The notes under the pieces were generated by a model. The model saw only the letters and a list, made by a program, of their open reading frames with translations, made no database searches and had not been told where the DNA came from. From Longimicrobiales bacterium (GTDB lineage Bacteria; Gemmatimonadota; Gemmatimonadetes; Longimicrobiales; Gaopeijiaceae), in NCBI GenBank assembly GCA_965249725.1, contig CBDFMQ010000002.1:1-64000 (forward strand): 64,000 bases of DNA. The letters run 5' to 3'. Positions 51,297 to 61,328 of this stretch are shown in pieces. Position numbers and translations under genes: made by a program. Every line of letters begins with the position of its first letter. The first letter of the stretch is position 1.

Positions 51297-52913
51297 TTAG
51301 CGGGAGAGCGGATCGCCCTCGATCCACTGAGGTCGACCGTCGGCGTCGGCGATGTGCCGCACGATGGTTCGTATAACGCCGGCGAACTCCGCGCCGATTT
51401 CGTAATCGAAGGGGAGTGACAAATCGTCCGACGGTTGGTGGGGTCTGTGGATCCTCATCATCTCCGCTGCATCGATGCCGGGGTCGGTGGATCGTATCGC
51501 CGGGATGAGGCGCGTTCCGGGCACACCCGCTCGCAGGAAGCTGAAGTGATCGCTAGCGCCACTCTCGAACGGGGTCGCTTCGTCCAACCCGTACCCTACG
51601 CTTTCCACCGCTTCGCGGATGGACGCCCTCAGGGTGGCGTGCTCGGCGCCGTATGCGGTGATCTCGTCAAAGGGCCAGAACATCCGGGGCGCGTCCACGT
51701 TGATGTTCGCCACGATGTTCTCGATAGGCACGGTGGGGTTGTTCACGAAATAGCTGGACCCGATAAGACCGTGTTCCTCCGCGGTGGTGGCGTAGAAGAG
51801 CACGGATCGCTTCGGACGGTCTGAAGTCTGGGCGAGAACACGCGCCACCTCCAACATGATCGCAACGCCGGTCGCGTTGTCCATGGCGCCGTTGTAGATG
51901 CTGTCGCCGTCTACGGCCGGGCCGATGCCGACGTGATCCAGATGACAGGTGATCACGACGTACTCGTTCGCGAGGTTTGGATCCGATCCTCTCAGAAGCG
52001 CTAGTACATTCCGGCTCTCGGCTTCGCTGTGAATCGACCTCTGGCCGAGGGTGACCTGGAGTGGCAGTGCGAAGCCCTCGGGTGACTGTTCGCCCGAGCG
52101 AGATTCCGCGACCACTTCCCCGTAGGACTTTTCCGAACCCTCGAACAGCCGAGCGCTCGCCTCCGAACTGAGCGTCGCTCGCAGGTCGGTTCCCACCGTA
52201 TTTCGTGTGGGCTGGAACGCCTGACCATCGGCATCCATCCAGGTGGTTAGGGGCCGCTGGCCCGGTCTGACTCTGGCCGCGAATCCCTCGGCGCCTGCGG
52301 TCCCCGGCAACGTAAGCGTGATGGCGCCCACCGCGCCGTGCATTTCCGCGGCCTGGAACAAGCGGAGGGTCACGTGCGGGTCCAGTTGCGCGGACACGTT
52401 GGCCCGTCCATCGAGGATCGCCACGATTTTCCCTTGGACGTCCAGCTGGCCGTAGTCGTCGAGATCGTGTTCTGGTGCGTACAGCCCGTATCCCACGAAG
52501 ACCACCGGGGCCGTTACCGACCCACTCGTCTGTGAAACCGCCGGCGCGACGACGTAGTCCCTCCCCTCCGCCAGTGTGATCGGACTCCCGCCGCGGTGCA
52601 GTCGAAAGACGCTCCTCGACGGATCGCGGTTGCTCTGCCGAAGCGGAACGGTTTGGAAGTACGTGCTCCCGTCGCCTCCGGGCTCCAGGCCATAGGACTT
52701 GAACTGCGAAGCCACGTAGTTCTCGCTGACGTACAGTCCCCAGGTCGCCGTTTCACGCCCCTCGAGCGCATCATCGACCAGGAAGCGCATGTGCGCTTCG
52801 AGCTTGTTTGCTTCGATCGACCCGGACCCGTACGAAGCCTCCGGCGGGCCGCAGGCGCCTGACCACACGAGCGAAACCGTGAGGGTCGCAAGTCGGAGAT
52901 GGTGCCGGCTCAT
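51297..52913 (-). CDS. M28 family peptidase with PA domain
   Basis: LEGRET, HLDHVG, NGAMDNATG, AEEHGLIGS, SDHFSF. Confidence 0.92.
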   Translation of the reverse strand: MSRHHLRLATLTVSLVWSGACGPPEASYGSGSIEANKLEAHMRFLVDDALEGRETATWGLYVSENYVASQFKSYGLEPGGDGSTYFQTVPLRQSNRDPSRSVFRLHRGGSPITLAEGRDYVVAPAVSQTSGSVTAPVVFVGYGLYAPEHDLDDYGQLDVQGKIVAILDGRANVSAQLDPHVTLRLFQAAEMHGAVGAITLTLPGTAGAEGFAARVRPGQRPLTTWMDADGQAFQPTRNTVGTDLRATLSSEASARLFEGSEKSYGEVVAESRSGEQSPEGFALPLQVTLGQRSIHSEAESRNVLALLRGSDPNLANEYVVITCHLDHVGIGPAVDGDSIYNGAMDNATGVAIMLEVARVLAQTSDRPKRSVLFYATTAEEHGLIGSSYFVNNPTVPIENIVANINVDAPRMFWPFDEITAYGAEHATLRASIREAVESVGYGLDEATPFESGASDHFSFLRAGVPGTRLIPAIRSTDPGIDAAEMMRIHRPHQPSDDLSLPFDYEIGAEFAGVIRTIVRHIADADGRPQWIEGDPLSR

Positions 52914-52948
52914 CGCGCGTCTCTCCTGTGAGGCGGTGTTCTGCAACG

Positions 52949-54010
52949 TCAGCCGCCCACTCCCCGCCTCGAGACGATTTCGATCACGACCGCGTGCGCT
53001 CGGTACGGACCCGGGGCACCCACGAGACGGCGGATCTCCTCGACCTCGGCACCGCGGCGGTTTCGGAGAATCTCCGTCGAGCCGACCCAGGGCTGCCCAT
53101 CGAGGAACAGCGCGCCCTCCACCGTCTCCGCTCCGGTATCGATCCACTGCGGTCGCTCCAAACGGATGAGATCGTAGACCGAGTTGTTCTCACGGCGGGC
53201 CGCGATGTCCTCACGGGTAATCCGCTCCATGAGAACGACCCTGTTCTCCGGCGGAGGCCGAGCGGCCAACGCCCGCCGGCGGGCTCGACGGCCCCCTCGC
53301 CAGGCGCGCGGCGTGAGGCTCACGCCGATCTGGAATGAGAGCGAGTTGTGTTTCCGGGAGAACTGTTCGTTGTAAGGAGCCTCGTCGAACTCCGTCATCA
53401 TCTGCGTATAGCGTGCGTCCAGGTAGAGCTTCGTGGTACCGACATTGAACGAGACGTCCACCCCGGCGACGCCACCCCAATCAGTACCCTTGGTGTTGAA
53501 ATTCAGGGGACTGACGTAAGGGAACGCGCCCACATAGGGCGGGACCTGGGCCTTTGACTTGGTACCGGTTGCCTTGGCGCCGACGAGAAACGAGATGACC
53601 GGCCCACCGAAGAAACTCACCGTCGGCGACAAGCTCTCTGGGGTCACGCGGAGCTTGAAGAGTGGTCCGACATCGAGATAGTTGTAGTTCCACAGCCAAT
53701 CCGTCACATCACCCAGCGTCTCGGTGTAGATGTCGGCACCCGTCGCCCCCCTCCTGGAGTAGTACGCCTCGGGCTGTACCGAGAAGGGGCCCCATAGAGC
53801 GACGTTGAGGAATGCTCCGAAGATATGCCCCTGTCGGGTGTCGGACTCGCCGATCTCCGTGCCGTGAAAACTAGAGAGGTTGAGGCCGCCCTTCAGGCCC
53901 ACTTCGACCTGAGCAGCTGCCTTCGTGGTAACCACGGAACTGGCCAGTGCGAACGTGACAAGGAGTAAGACCCTCGGACCCATGAATTCCAGCGGTCGAG
54001 CTATCCTCAT
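52949..54010 (-). CDS. Outer-membrane beta-barrel (PorT-like) with C-terminal plug-like domain
   Basis: GLKGGLNLS, VQPEAYYSRRG, LDARY; then ITREDI..VYDLIRLERPQW..FLDG. Confidence 0.7.
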   Translation of the reverse strand: MRIARPLEFMGPRVLLLVTFALASSVVTTKAAAQVEVGLKGGLNLSSFHGTEIGESDTRQGHIFGAFLNVALWGPFSVQPEAYYSRRGATGADIYTETLGDVTDWLWNYNYLDVGPLFKLRVTPESLSPTVSFFGGPVISFLVGAKATGTKSKAQVPPYVGAFPYVSPLNFNTKGTDWGGVAGVDVSFNVGTTKLYLDARYTQMMTEFDEAPYNEQFSRKHNSLSFQIGVSLTPRAWRGGRRARRRALAARPPPENRVVLMERITREDIAARRENNSVYDLIRLERPQWIDTGAETVEGALFLDGQPWVGSTEILRNRRGAEVEEIRRLVGAPGPYRAHAVVIEIVSRRGVGG

Positions 54011-54885
54011 CACTGTCCCGGCCCCTCAGCCCTCATCACGTATCCCTTCGTCCAAATGAGGATCGCTCCACAGGGACTCTTCAATCCACCGGCCCACGCA
54101 GGCAGGCCCGCCTGGCCCGCAAACACCTCGATCGCCGACACCTCGGTCGGGTTGACTAGGCTCTGCCAATCCGAAGCCTCCAGGTCTCGGCTACCCACCA
54201 GGTCCGGTATGTCCCCGAGCGGCGTGCGCGATGCATTGTCTTCCACGAGCAAACGCTGTGAGCCCAGGTCGATGATCCCATCCTGCACGGTCGCGCCGTC
54301 GACGTGGATGCTCGGGCGACACCCTCGTCGGCGGGTCGAAAACACTTCATATGAGTAGCTACCCGGAGGGCGCAACACCGATACGCCGGTCATCCCCCCG
54401 AAGAGGTCGGAGATATCGAGGGGTGGCTTCGCCTCGAAATACTCCGCCGTACGGATCTCCGAGAACCCCATCTCTGCCCGCTGGTAGAATCCCTCGCGTG
54501 CGAGCGCGATGCTTTGGTTCTCCACGCTGGCGATGAGGGGATCCAGCAGGACGGGATCGAGTTGGAGACGGAGTTCGGCGAGCGCGGCCTGCCCCGGTCC
54601 GAGCGCGAACACGTCGGAAATAGAGGCCTCGTAGCCGATACGCTTGGCCCGAAGGCGGAACGATCCTCCGTCGGGCATCTCGACGACGAACCGCCCGGAT
54701 TCATCGGTTACGAACGTCTCGATGACGGTGTCATCCGGCGCCAGCACCGCGACCTCGACGGTACCCATGGGGTCTCCCGATTCGTCGTCGACGACGTAAC
54801 CCTCAACAGACTGGGCCAGGGCCGGCGACGCCGATGCCAGAATGAGCATCAGGGCCATGGACAGTCGATCCGTCGTTCTTCGCAT
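54010..54885 (-). CDS. Carboxypeptidase-regulatory-like domain plus plug-like domain, secreted
   Basis: GYVVDDESGDP, TDESGRF, RIGY, GFYQR, VSAIEVF, CGAILIWTK. Confidence 0.78.
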   Translation of the reverse strand: MRRTTDRLSMALMLILASASPALAQSVEGYVVDDESGDPMGTVEVAVLAPDDTVIETFVTDESGRFVVEMPDGGSFRLRAKRIGYEASISDVFALGPGQAALAELRLQLDPVLLDPLIASVENQSIALAREGFYQRAEMGFSEIRTAEYFEAKPPLDISDLFGGMTGVSVLRPPGSYSYEVFSTRRRGCRPSIHVDGATVQDGIIDLGSQRLLVEDNASRTPLGDIPDLVGSRDLEASDWQSLVNPTEVSAIEVFAGQAGLPAWAGGLKSPCGAILIWTKGYVMRAEGPGQ

Positions 54886-54917
54886 GCCAATCTCCAGCGG
54901 GTACCTGTGTCAAGATG

Positions 54918-54956
54918 TCGCAACTCTGTTGCGAACATACGCACAACAAGTGCCGC
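54918..54956 (-). promoter_or_regulatory. Sigma54-like element plus palindrome upstream of 54885
   Basis: CGGCACTTGTTGTGC (GG-N10-GC, minus strand) and TCGCAAC-N3-GTTGCGA. Confidence 0.4.
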
Positions 54957-55144
54957 GATGACAGTGTTCCCTGGAGCGAAGGGGGATTAGGAGTGGTCGC
55001 GTCATGGTGGTGCGTCGTCCTTGCGCCCGGGTGGCCTCCCCATAGGATGTTAGCCGCCCGCTGACAACACCGTGCGGCCGTCCGATGGAAAGAAATTACG
55101 CCGGTGCAGCTTGAAGGTCGCATCAACGCCGGGGAGAGACGTGT

Positions 55145-55594
55145 ATGCCAGAGACAGAATGCCATCCGAGTCAGAGCTGCTATCGAGGCGGATACAAGTA
55201 CCAGCTCGTTGAAGAGTACAGTGTATCCACTGACGTCATTCCCGAAGAAGACGTTCGGACCGACTTCATCGATCTGGACCTCACTGGGCGGCTCGTAATC
55301 AGGAGGGGATATGCGTGGGACGGTCCGTCCGGTCCGACCATCGATACCTCGGACTTCATGCGAGGCTCGCTCGTTCACGATGCGCTGTATCAGTTGATGC
55401 GTGGCGGGAAGATCTCCAAGGCGCGGTGGCGTGATGCCGCCGACCGCCTGCTGCGCCACATGTGTCGAGACGACGGCATGGGCTTCATTCGAGCTTGGGT
55501 GGTCTACCAGGGGGTGCGACGGTTCGGAGATCCGTCCGCGTCCCCCGAGACCCGGAAGCAGGTCAAGAAGGGACCGAAGCGGCCTCGGACGTAG
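55145..55594 (+). CDS. DUF1353-like protein
   Basis: GYAWDGPS, SLVHDALYQ, ADRLL, VYQGVRRFG. Confidence 0.75.
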   Translation: MPETECHPSQSCYRGGYKYQLVEEYSVSTDVIPEEDVRTDFIDLDLTGRLVIRRGYAWDGPSGPTIDTSDFMRGSLVHDALYQLMRGGKISKARWRDAADRLLRHMCRDDGMGFIRAWVVYQGVRRFGDPSASPETRKQVKKGPKRPRT

Positions 55595-55738
55595 TCAGAG
55601 AGGGCTCTGCGGTCCGCCGCCTGCTCCTTGCGGATATTCTGATACCACAGGCATCTTGTCGGTCTCTTATCTATTGGGCTCGATCGAGCGACGTCTCGAC
55701 TCCACCGCCCACACCCGCGCCCTACCCCAGGAGAAACC

Positions 55739-56497
55739 ATGAAGAAGCTCGTACTTCCGTTGTTTGTATGGACCCTCGCGATCTTGGCGTTGGCTACGCC
55801 CGTCCAGGCGCAGGAAGACACCCCTGAGATGGCGTACGTCGTCACCGTCGAGCCCATGGCGGGCCACGCATCGGCCATGGAGGAGGGCGCCAAGAGACAC
55901 ATGGAGTGGTACGGTGAGGCCGGGGGGCAGTGGGTGTGGGCCGTGTTCGAGATCGGGATGGGCGAGCGCACCGGTCAGTACGTGTGGTTCAGTGGCGGGC
56001 ATACATATGCGGACTTCGACCAGCCGGACGTGGATCGGCAGGCGAGCAATGAGAGCCTCGACCGGAACTTCGCACCTCACGTCGAGAACGTCGTTGCCTC
56101 ACTCGGGCGGCAGCGCACCGACCTCAGCATGCGTCCTGACAACGCACCGATTCGCCCCATTTACGAGGTGTTGACGTTCACATTGGCGCCGGGTGGGGAG
56201 CCCGCTTTCATAAACACCATGGAGAAGATCAAGGAAGCCCTCTCCACGGTTGAGGGACCGATCGAGTACACGGTCTATCAGTCGGCGCAGGGTGGAAACG
56301 GCGATTGGGTCGTCTCGATTCCGCACGAGAGCTTCTCGAGCATGGGTGGCCCCGGAGACATGAACGACCTCTTCGAGCAGGCGTTCGGGCGATTCGAGGC
56401 ACGTAGGCTCGAGGACGCCATGGGGAACTCCGTCGCCTCGGCGACATCGGAAATCTTCTTCCTGCGGTCGGACCTCAGCCTGAATCTCCCCGACTGA
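55739..56497 (+). CDS. Secreted hypothetical protein (two-repeat, NIPSNAP-like)
   Basis: Signal peptide; two halves each ending R.DLS; RBS AGGAG. Confidence 0.7.
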   Translation: MKKLVLPLFVWTLAILALATPVQAQEDTPEMAYVVTVEPMAGHASAMEEGAKRHMEWYGEAGGQWVWAVFEIGMGERTGQYVWFSGGHTYADFDQPDVDRQASNESLDRNFAPHVENVVASLGRQRTDLSMRPDNAPIRPIYEVLTFTLAPGGEPAFINTMEKIKEALSTVEGPIEYTVYQSAQGGNGDWVVSIPHESFSSMGGPGDMNDLFEQAFGRFEARRLEDAMGNSVASATSEIFFLRSDLSLNLPD

Positions 56498-56550
56498 TCT
56501 CGGCTGCTCGGCCGAATCTTGGTGCAGGTGTGAAACTACCGGGCCGTCCT

Positions 56551-56941
56551 TCAGGCGAGGGGCGGCCCGGGAGGTTCATACCCCCATGTAAGCCACAGCT
56601 CCGGTGGCTTTCGGAACTCGTATCCGGCCAAGATGGCGGGTCTCTCTTCATCGAGTGCGAGGTCCGGCAAGCGCCCCAGAAGCACTGCAATCGCCGTTTG
56701 GATTTCCAGGCGCGCCAACGGAGCGCCCAGACAGAAATGGCGACCTGTAGGTCCGGAAGTCGGCCAGTACCTGATGCACGTCGTCGTAGCGGGCCACGAA
56801 CCACATGGCTGTCTCGGGAACCCAGGTGATCGGCTCGTGCTTGCGGAGTTCGGCCAGAAGGGGGTACGAGTCAGCACTGAGTCGGGCCGTCGTGACTTGG
56901 CTGCCCAACGGAAACCGGGACGCGAGTGCGTCGGCGCTCAT
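56551..56941 (-). pseudogene. Cytochrome P450, internally deleted
   Basis: N-terminus (YPLLAELRKHEPITW..RYDDV) joined out of frame at ~56745 to the heme motif GRHFCLGAPLARLE. Confidence 0.88.
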
Positions 56942-56959
56942 CGCGGGCAGGGAACTCTC

Positions 56960-58444
56960 CTAGCTGATCGGACGCCGGCGAATGGGCTCGCCCGGCATGA
57001 CCCCATCGACGAGCTCTCCTTCGCGGACGACGAACTGACCTGCCACCAGAACATGGGGAATCCCCGCCGAGGGCCGCGACGGCTCCTCGAAGGTGGCCCG
57101 GTCGATGACCGTGGCAGGATTGAAGATGGTCAGATCGGCATCCGCACCGATCTTGATGCGACCCTTCCGGGTCATCGCCGGGACGACGCCTTCGAGACGC
57201 TGTGCCGGCATGAGTGTCATTTTGCGGATCGCGCTCATGAGCGAGAGGACGCCCTCGTCGCGCGCGTAGTGTCCGAGCACCCGTGCGAACGAACCGGCGC
57301 CACGGGGGTGCCCCCGCCCATCGACGTACGGAACGCCGTCACTTGCGATAATCACGGAGGGATGTCCGATGGCGTACTCCATCTCCTCCTTGGGAATGAT
57401 GTGGGCGATGATCCTGCCGCCCTCCTCCCGATACGCGTGGAAGGAGGCCGAGTCCAAGCGTTCTCCCGTGGCACCCCATTCGATGTCGGAGTACTCGCCG
57501 CCCAGGCGCTCCCGCCATCCCGGATCGAAGATTGCTGCCTTGATCCCTGTCGATGCGGCCGTGTACGGGTAGACCTCCGTGGTGACGTCGATTCCGGCGT
57601 CGTTGGCGGTCTGGATCATCTCGAGCAGAGTGGGGACCTGCCTTAGTCCGCTCGACCCGATATGGACGATGTGCACGGACCCTCCGGACCCCGCGGCGTC
57701 GGCGATCATCTCCTGGACCGCTGCAATACTGGATTCCGGCTCCATCAGGCCCGCGTAGCGGATGTGCACGAAGATGGTCTGACCTCGCGCCGCTGCCGTC
57801 TGGAACGAGCGGAAGATCTCCTCGCGGCTGGCCCCGGGGATGTATTGGAGGCCGAGTCCGACGCCTAGTGCGCCCTGAGCGAGTCCGCGGGCGAGGCTGT
57901 CCTGCATCTGTTCGATCTGCTCGGGTGTCGGCGGTTCGTAGATCGCGGCCGGCTCATTCCCGCCGAAGGCTGCGAGACGGGCCGCACCATAGCTCGTCGT
58001 GGCTCCGAAGTTGATGCGCCAGCCGCCCTCCCGCTCCGCATACCACTGGTCTACCGGCCAAGCGCCGCTCTCGAGTTCGAGAGCGGTGGTGACGCCGTCT
58101 CGTACCTGAAGGTCCCGGCTGAAGGGATCTTGTCCGTGTGCATGCAGATCGATGAACCCGGGCGCTACCACATGGCCGGAAACGTCGACGATCTCTCGGC
58201 CCTCGAGTGGTGCCGCAGAAAGGGCGGCGATGCTGCCCCCGGTGATGCCCACGTTCATCACCTGGTCCAAACCGGACTCGGGGTCCATGACGCGACCGCC
58301 TTGCAGGACCAAGTCATATGTCTGTGCGTCGAGGCTGGCAGTGCCGAGCAGTAACCCCAGACCCGCCACCGCGATCACACACAAGAAAAGGCGACGCTCG
58401 CGCCGGAGCCAGATTGTACGACGTAGGCTTAGATCATGCAGCAT
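56960..58444 (-). CDS. N-acyl-D-amino-acid deacylase / dihydroorotase-like amidohydrolase
   Basis: PGFIDLHAH, IASDG, HPRGAGSFARVLG, GADADL. Confidence 0.88.
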   Translation of the reverse strand: MLHDLSLRRTIWLRRERRLFLCVIAVAGLGLLLGTASLDAQTYDLVLQGGRVMDPESGLDQVMNVGITGGSIAALSAAPLEGREIVDVSGHVVAPGFIDLHAHGQDPFSRDLQVRDGVTTALELESGAWPVDQWYAEREGGWRINFGATTSYGAARLAAFGGNEPAAIYEPPTPEQIEQMQDSLARGLAQGALGVGLGLQYIPGASREEIFRSFQTAAARGQTIFVHIRYAGLMEPESSIAAVQEMIADAAGSGGSVHIVHIGSSGLRQVPTLLEMIQTANDAGIDVTTEVYPYTAASTGIKAAIFDPGWRERLGGEYSDIEWGATGERLDSASFHAYREEGGRIIAHIIPKEEMEYAIGHPSVIIASDGVPYVDGRGHPRGAGSFARVLGHYARDEGVLSLMSAIRKMTLMPAQRLEGVVPAMTRKGRIKIGADADLTIFNPATVIDRATFEEPSRPSAGIPHVLVAGQFVVREGELVDGVMPGEPIRRRPIS

Positions 58445-58500
58445 AACGCATTAATCATTGTTACTTGAGGTGAAATCGACCTACTCGTATGAACGATTCT

Positions 58501-60378
58501 TCAGCGTGGCGTGGCCGACCCCGAAGAAGTGACCCGGGCTCCCTCGAGCCGCAAGCGGGGCAGGATCACATCTTGGAACCTCGATGTGTCCCATAACGGG
58601 GCCAGAACGGGATCCCATATATCATACTGAACCCTGAACGGCATGGTGAAGACCATCTCTTCGAGCACATCGAGGGCTCGATCCGGCTCGCCGAGCAGCA
58701 CCCAGACGTGCGGAAGACCCCGTGGCGTACCCGCAACCTGCAGACGCGACGCGTCGCCGGTCTCTATGGATTCGCCCATCCGCCGAAAGGCCGTGGTGTC
58801 CGGCAAGTAGAAAGCGAAACGATCAATCGCCTCCCGGTAACGGCCGTCGAGTAGCATCTGGTGGGCCAACACGGTCCGCAGGTAGCGCACGTCTCCGGCC
58901 GTATCCATCGCGAGCCCCTCCTCGAGCAGGGCTTCTGCCTCCTCGGGACGGCCACTCAGGTAGAGTGCGAATCCGTGGATATCGAGACGGATGGGCGATC
59001 GGTCGAGGGCCAGCGCCCTCCCGCTCTCACGGAGCGACTCGTCCATACGCCCCATGCCCCAAAGCAACTCCGAGTATTGGATGTGGGCCTCCACGTTGTC
59101 CGGATCGATCTCGATCGCCTGCCGGAGCTGCCTCTCGCCCTCGTCCCACTCCCATCGGTCCCGATGAATGCTACCGAGCGCGACGTGCGCCGCGGCGATC
59201 CGTGGGTCGAGTTCGAGAGCTCGGCGTCCTGCTGCCCCTGCGGCCGAGAAACGGGTCTCCCACAACAAGGAGTCCGTCGATTCGTCCCCCTCCATGACGT
59301 ACAACGGGCTCAGGGCCAGCGCCTCAGCAAGCCCGGCCCAAGCGGGGGCCCACGCTGAATCACTTGCGATCGATGCTTCGAAGAGGGCTACGGCCTCCTC
59401 GACCCCGGTGCCCCGCCGCCGCATTGCCGCCCGGGCATTGAGGTACGAGTCGTGCGCCTCCATGTCGAGCGTGGGAGAGACCAAGGCTTCCCTGCTCAGC
59501 CCGAGGGGAATACGGAGAGCCGCGGTGATGGCTTCGGCGATCTCGGTTTGAATGGCGAAGACGTTCTCGAGCCGGCGATCGTACGTCTCCGCCCACAACC
59601 GAGACCCGTCTGCGACATCGACCAGTTCCGCGCTGATGCGTAACTGGTCGGCGTCTTTCCGGACGCTCCCTCCCAGCAAGTAGGGGACACCCAACTCTTC
59701 GCCGACCTGACGTGGGTCGAGCGTTCGGCCCTTGTACGCAAACGCGGACGACCGTGCCGCTACTCGTAGATCACGGATCTTCGACAGTACGGTGAGGATT
59801 TCTTCCGAGATCCCGTCGCTGAAGTATTCTTGATCGCCAGCGGGGCTCATGTCCGTGAAGGGGAGCACCGCGATCGCTGGGCGTGGGTCGTCGGCCAGGT
59901 CCACGTAGGTAAGGTCCGATGCGGCGAGCGTCCCGACCGAGGACCCGAGGGCCTCTTCGTCCGTATCAGGGGCTGAGCGTCTCCCTCCGTAGAAGGCGAC
60001 GGCGAGCAGAATCAGCCCCCCTAGCGCCAGCAGGCCCGGAGGCCAGCGGGTCAGCGCGGGAGCGGAAACGATGGACTCGATCTCCGAAGGGGCCGCCGCT
60101 GCCGTCAGCTTCACACCGTCGGGCGTCAATTCGAATGCCCACGCGAGGACCACGGCGAACGGGAAACCGAGAATCACCAACCACAGCACCAGACTGATCG
60201 ACCAATCCGGAAGCGGAATGGCGGGGAAGACCACGCTCGCAGCCTCCAAGACCACGAACGCCACGGCGCCGTAGACCGCGATCACACGGAAGACGCGACG
60301 CCTCTTCATCTCGGCGAACCAGCGCTGATAACCAGCGGTTGGGCGCGTGGAGGAGGGCCGGTTCGTCGATTCGGTCAT
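58501..60378 (-). CDS. Membrane TolB_N-like/TPR protein
   Basis: EMKRRRVFRV N-terminus, 3 TM segments, IAVLPF..QEYFSDGISEEI, TPR repeats. Confidence 0.85.
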   Translation of the reverse strand: MTESTNRPSSTRPTAGYQRWFAEMKRRRVFRVIAVYGAVAFVVLEAASVVFPAIPLPDWSISLVLWLVILGFPFAVVLAWAFELTPDGVKLTAAAAPSEIESIVSAPALTRWPPGLLALGGLILLAVAFYGGRRSAPDTDEEALGSSVGTLAASDLTYVDLADDPRPAIAVLPFTDMSPAGDQEYFSDGISEEILTVLSKIRDLRVAARSSAFAYKGRTLDPRQVGEELGVPYLLGGSVRKDADQLRISAELVDVADGSRLWAETYDRRLENVFAIQTEIAEAITAALRIPLGLSREALVSPTLDMEAHDSYLNARAAMRRRGTGVEEAVALFEASIASDSAWAPAWAGLAEALALSPLYVMEGDESTDSLLWETRFSAAGAAGRRALELDPRIAAAHVALGSIHRDRWEWDEGERQLRQAIEIDPDNVEAHIQYSELLWGMGRMDESLRESGRALALDRSPIRLDIHGFALYLSGRPEEAEALLEEGLAMDTAGDVRYLRTVLAHQMLLDGRYREAIDRFAFYLPDTTAFRRMGESIETGDASRLQVAGTPRGLPHVWVLLGEPDRALDVLEEMVFTMPFRVQYDIWDPVLAPLWDTSRFQDVILPRLRLEGARVTSSGSATPR

Positions 60379-60595
60379 GGGCGGGGATGGGGGAGGAAGG
60401 CAATCCGAGCGCAAGATACCGGCGGGGGACCCCGCACAGCCAGTGCCGACGATAGCAAGCGGGAGATGCGTACGGGAGGCGCGTGACGCATGGACGGCCT
60501 ATATTGTGCACCTCGATTCTCCTCGCCGCACTCGTTTCCAGGTGGGCGTCAGGAGAGATGCACTGTTACGGACGTACCCGCTGGAGGAAACAAAA

Positions 60596-61288
60596 ATGAA
60601 GAGAATCGCGTTTGCGCTCATCGCACTCGCCGTCGCCGCTCCCCTGAGCGCCCAGGCCGGCATGGATCCCGATCCGACGACCGAGGTCACCGGCTCTGGA
60701 GAGCTCCCGGACGGTTGGATGGTGCGCTTCGACCCGGTCCGGATCCGCGAGGGCCGGCCCACGCCACCCACCCCGACGGTAGCGGACGTCAACTTCCGCA
60801 CGATGGGCAGGGGGCTTCACGCCACCTCCGGCCCGGCCGGGGTCTACTACATGGCCGGCGACGAGGCCTCAGGCGACTACACGCTGAGCGCCAGCTTCTC
60901 GCAGTCGAAGGGCATGGGGCACGAGGCGTACGGCCTGGTCTTGGGTGGATCGAACCTTCAAGGGTCGACTCAGAACTACCTGTACTTCTTGATCCGGCCC
61001 GTGGACGGCGGCATCCTGATCAACCACCGCTCGAGCGACGCGGCGCCGACCAAGCTCGTCGGCTGGGAAGTCAATGACGCGGTCGTGAAGGAAGGCGAAG
61101 AAGGCAAGGCGAGCAACACGCTCGCCGTGCAGGTGATGGGCGACATGGTGCACTTCATGGTGAACGACCAGATGGTCACCATGCTGACACGAGCCCAATT
61201 GGACGGCGCGAACACGGACGGCCAGGTGGGACTGCGCGTCAACCACAATCTCGACGTCCACATCTCGGGCTTCGGCATCACGCACTAA
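60596..61288 (+). CDS. Secreted beta-sandwich (DUF1080-like) hypothetical protein
   Basis: Signal peptide APLSAQ; beta-rich; GQVGLRVNH. Confidence 0.7.
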   Translation: MKRIAFALIALAVAAPLSAQAGMDPDPTTEVTGSGELPDGWMVRFDPVRIREGRPTPPTPTVADVNFRTMGRGLHATSGPAGVYYMAGDEASGDYTLSASFSQSKGMGHEAYGLVLGGSNLQGSTQNYLYFLIRPVDGGILINHRSSDAAPTKLVGWEVNDAVVKEGEEGKASNTLAVQVMGDMVHFMVNDQMVTMLTRAQLDGANTDGQVGLRVNHNLDVHISGFGITH

Positions 61289-61328
61289 ATAGGCCGTTGT
61301 TGGTCCCACAGCCGCAGGAGAGGTCGTC

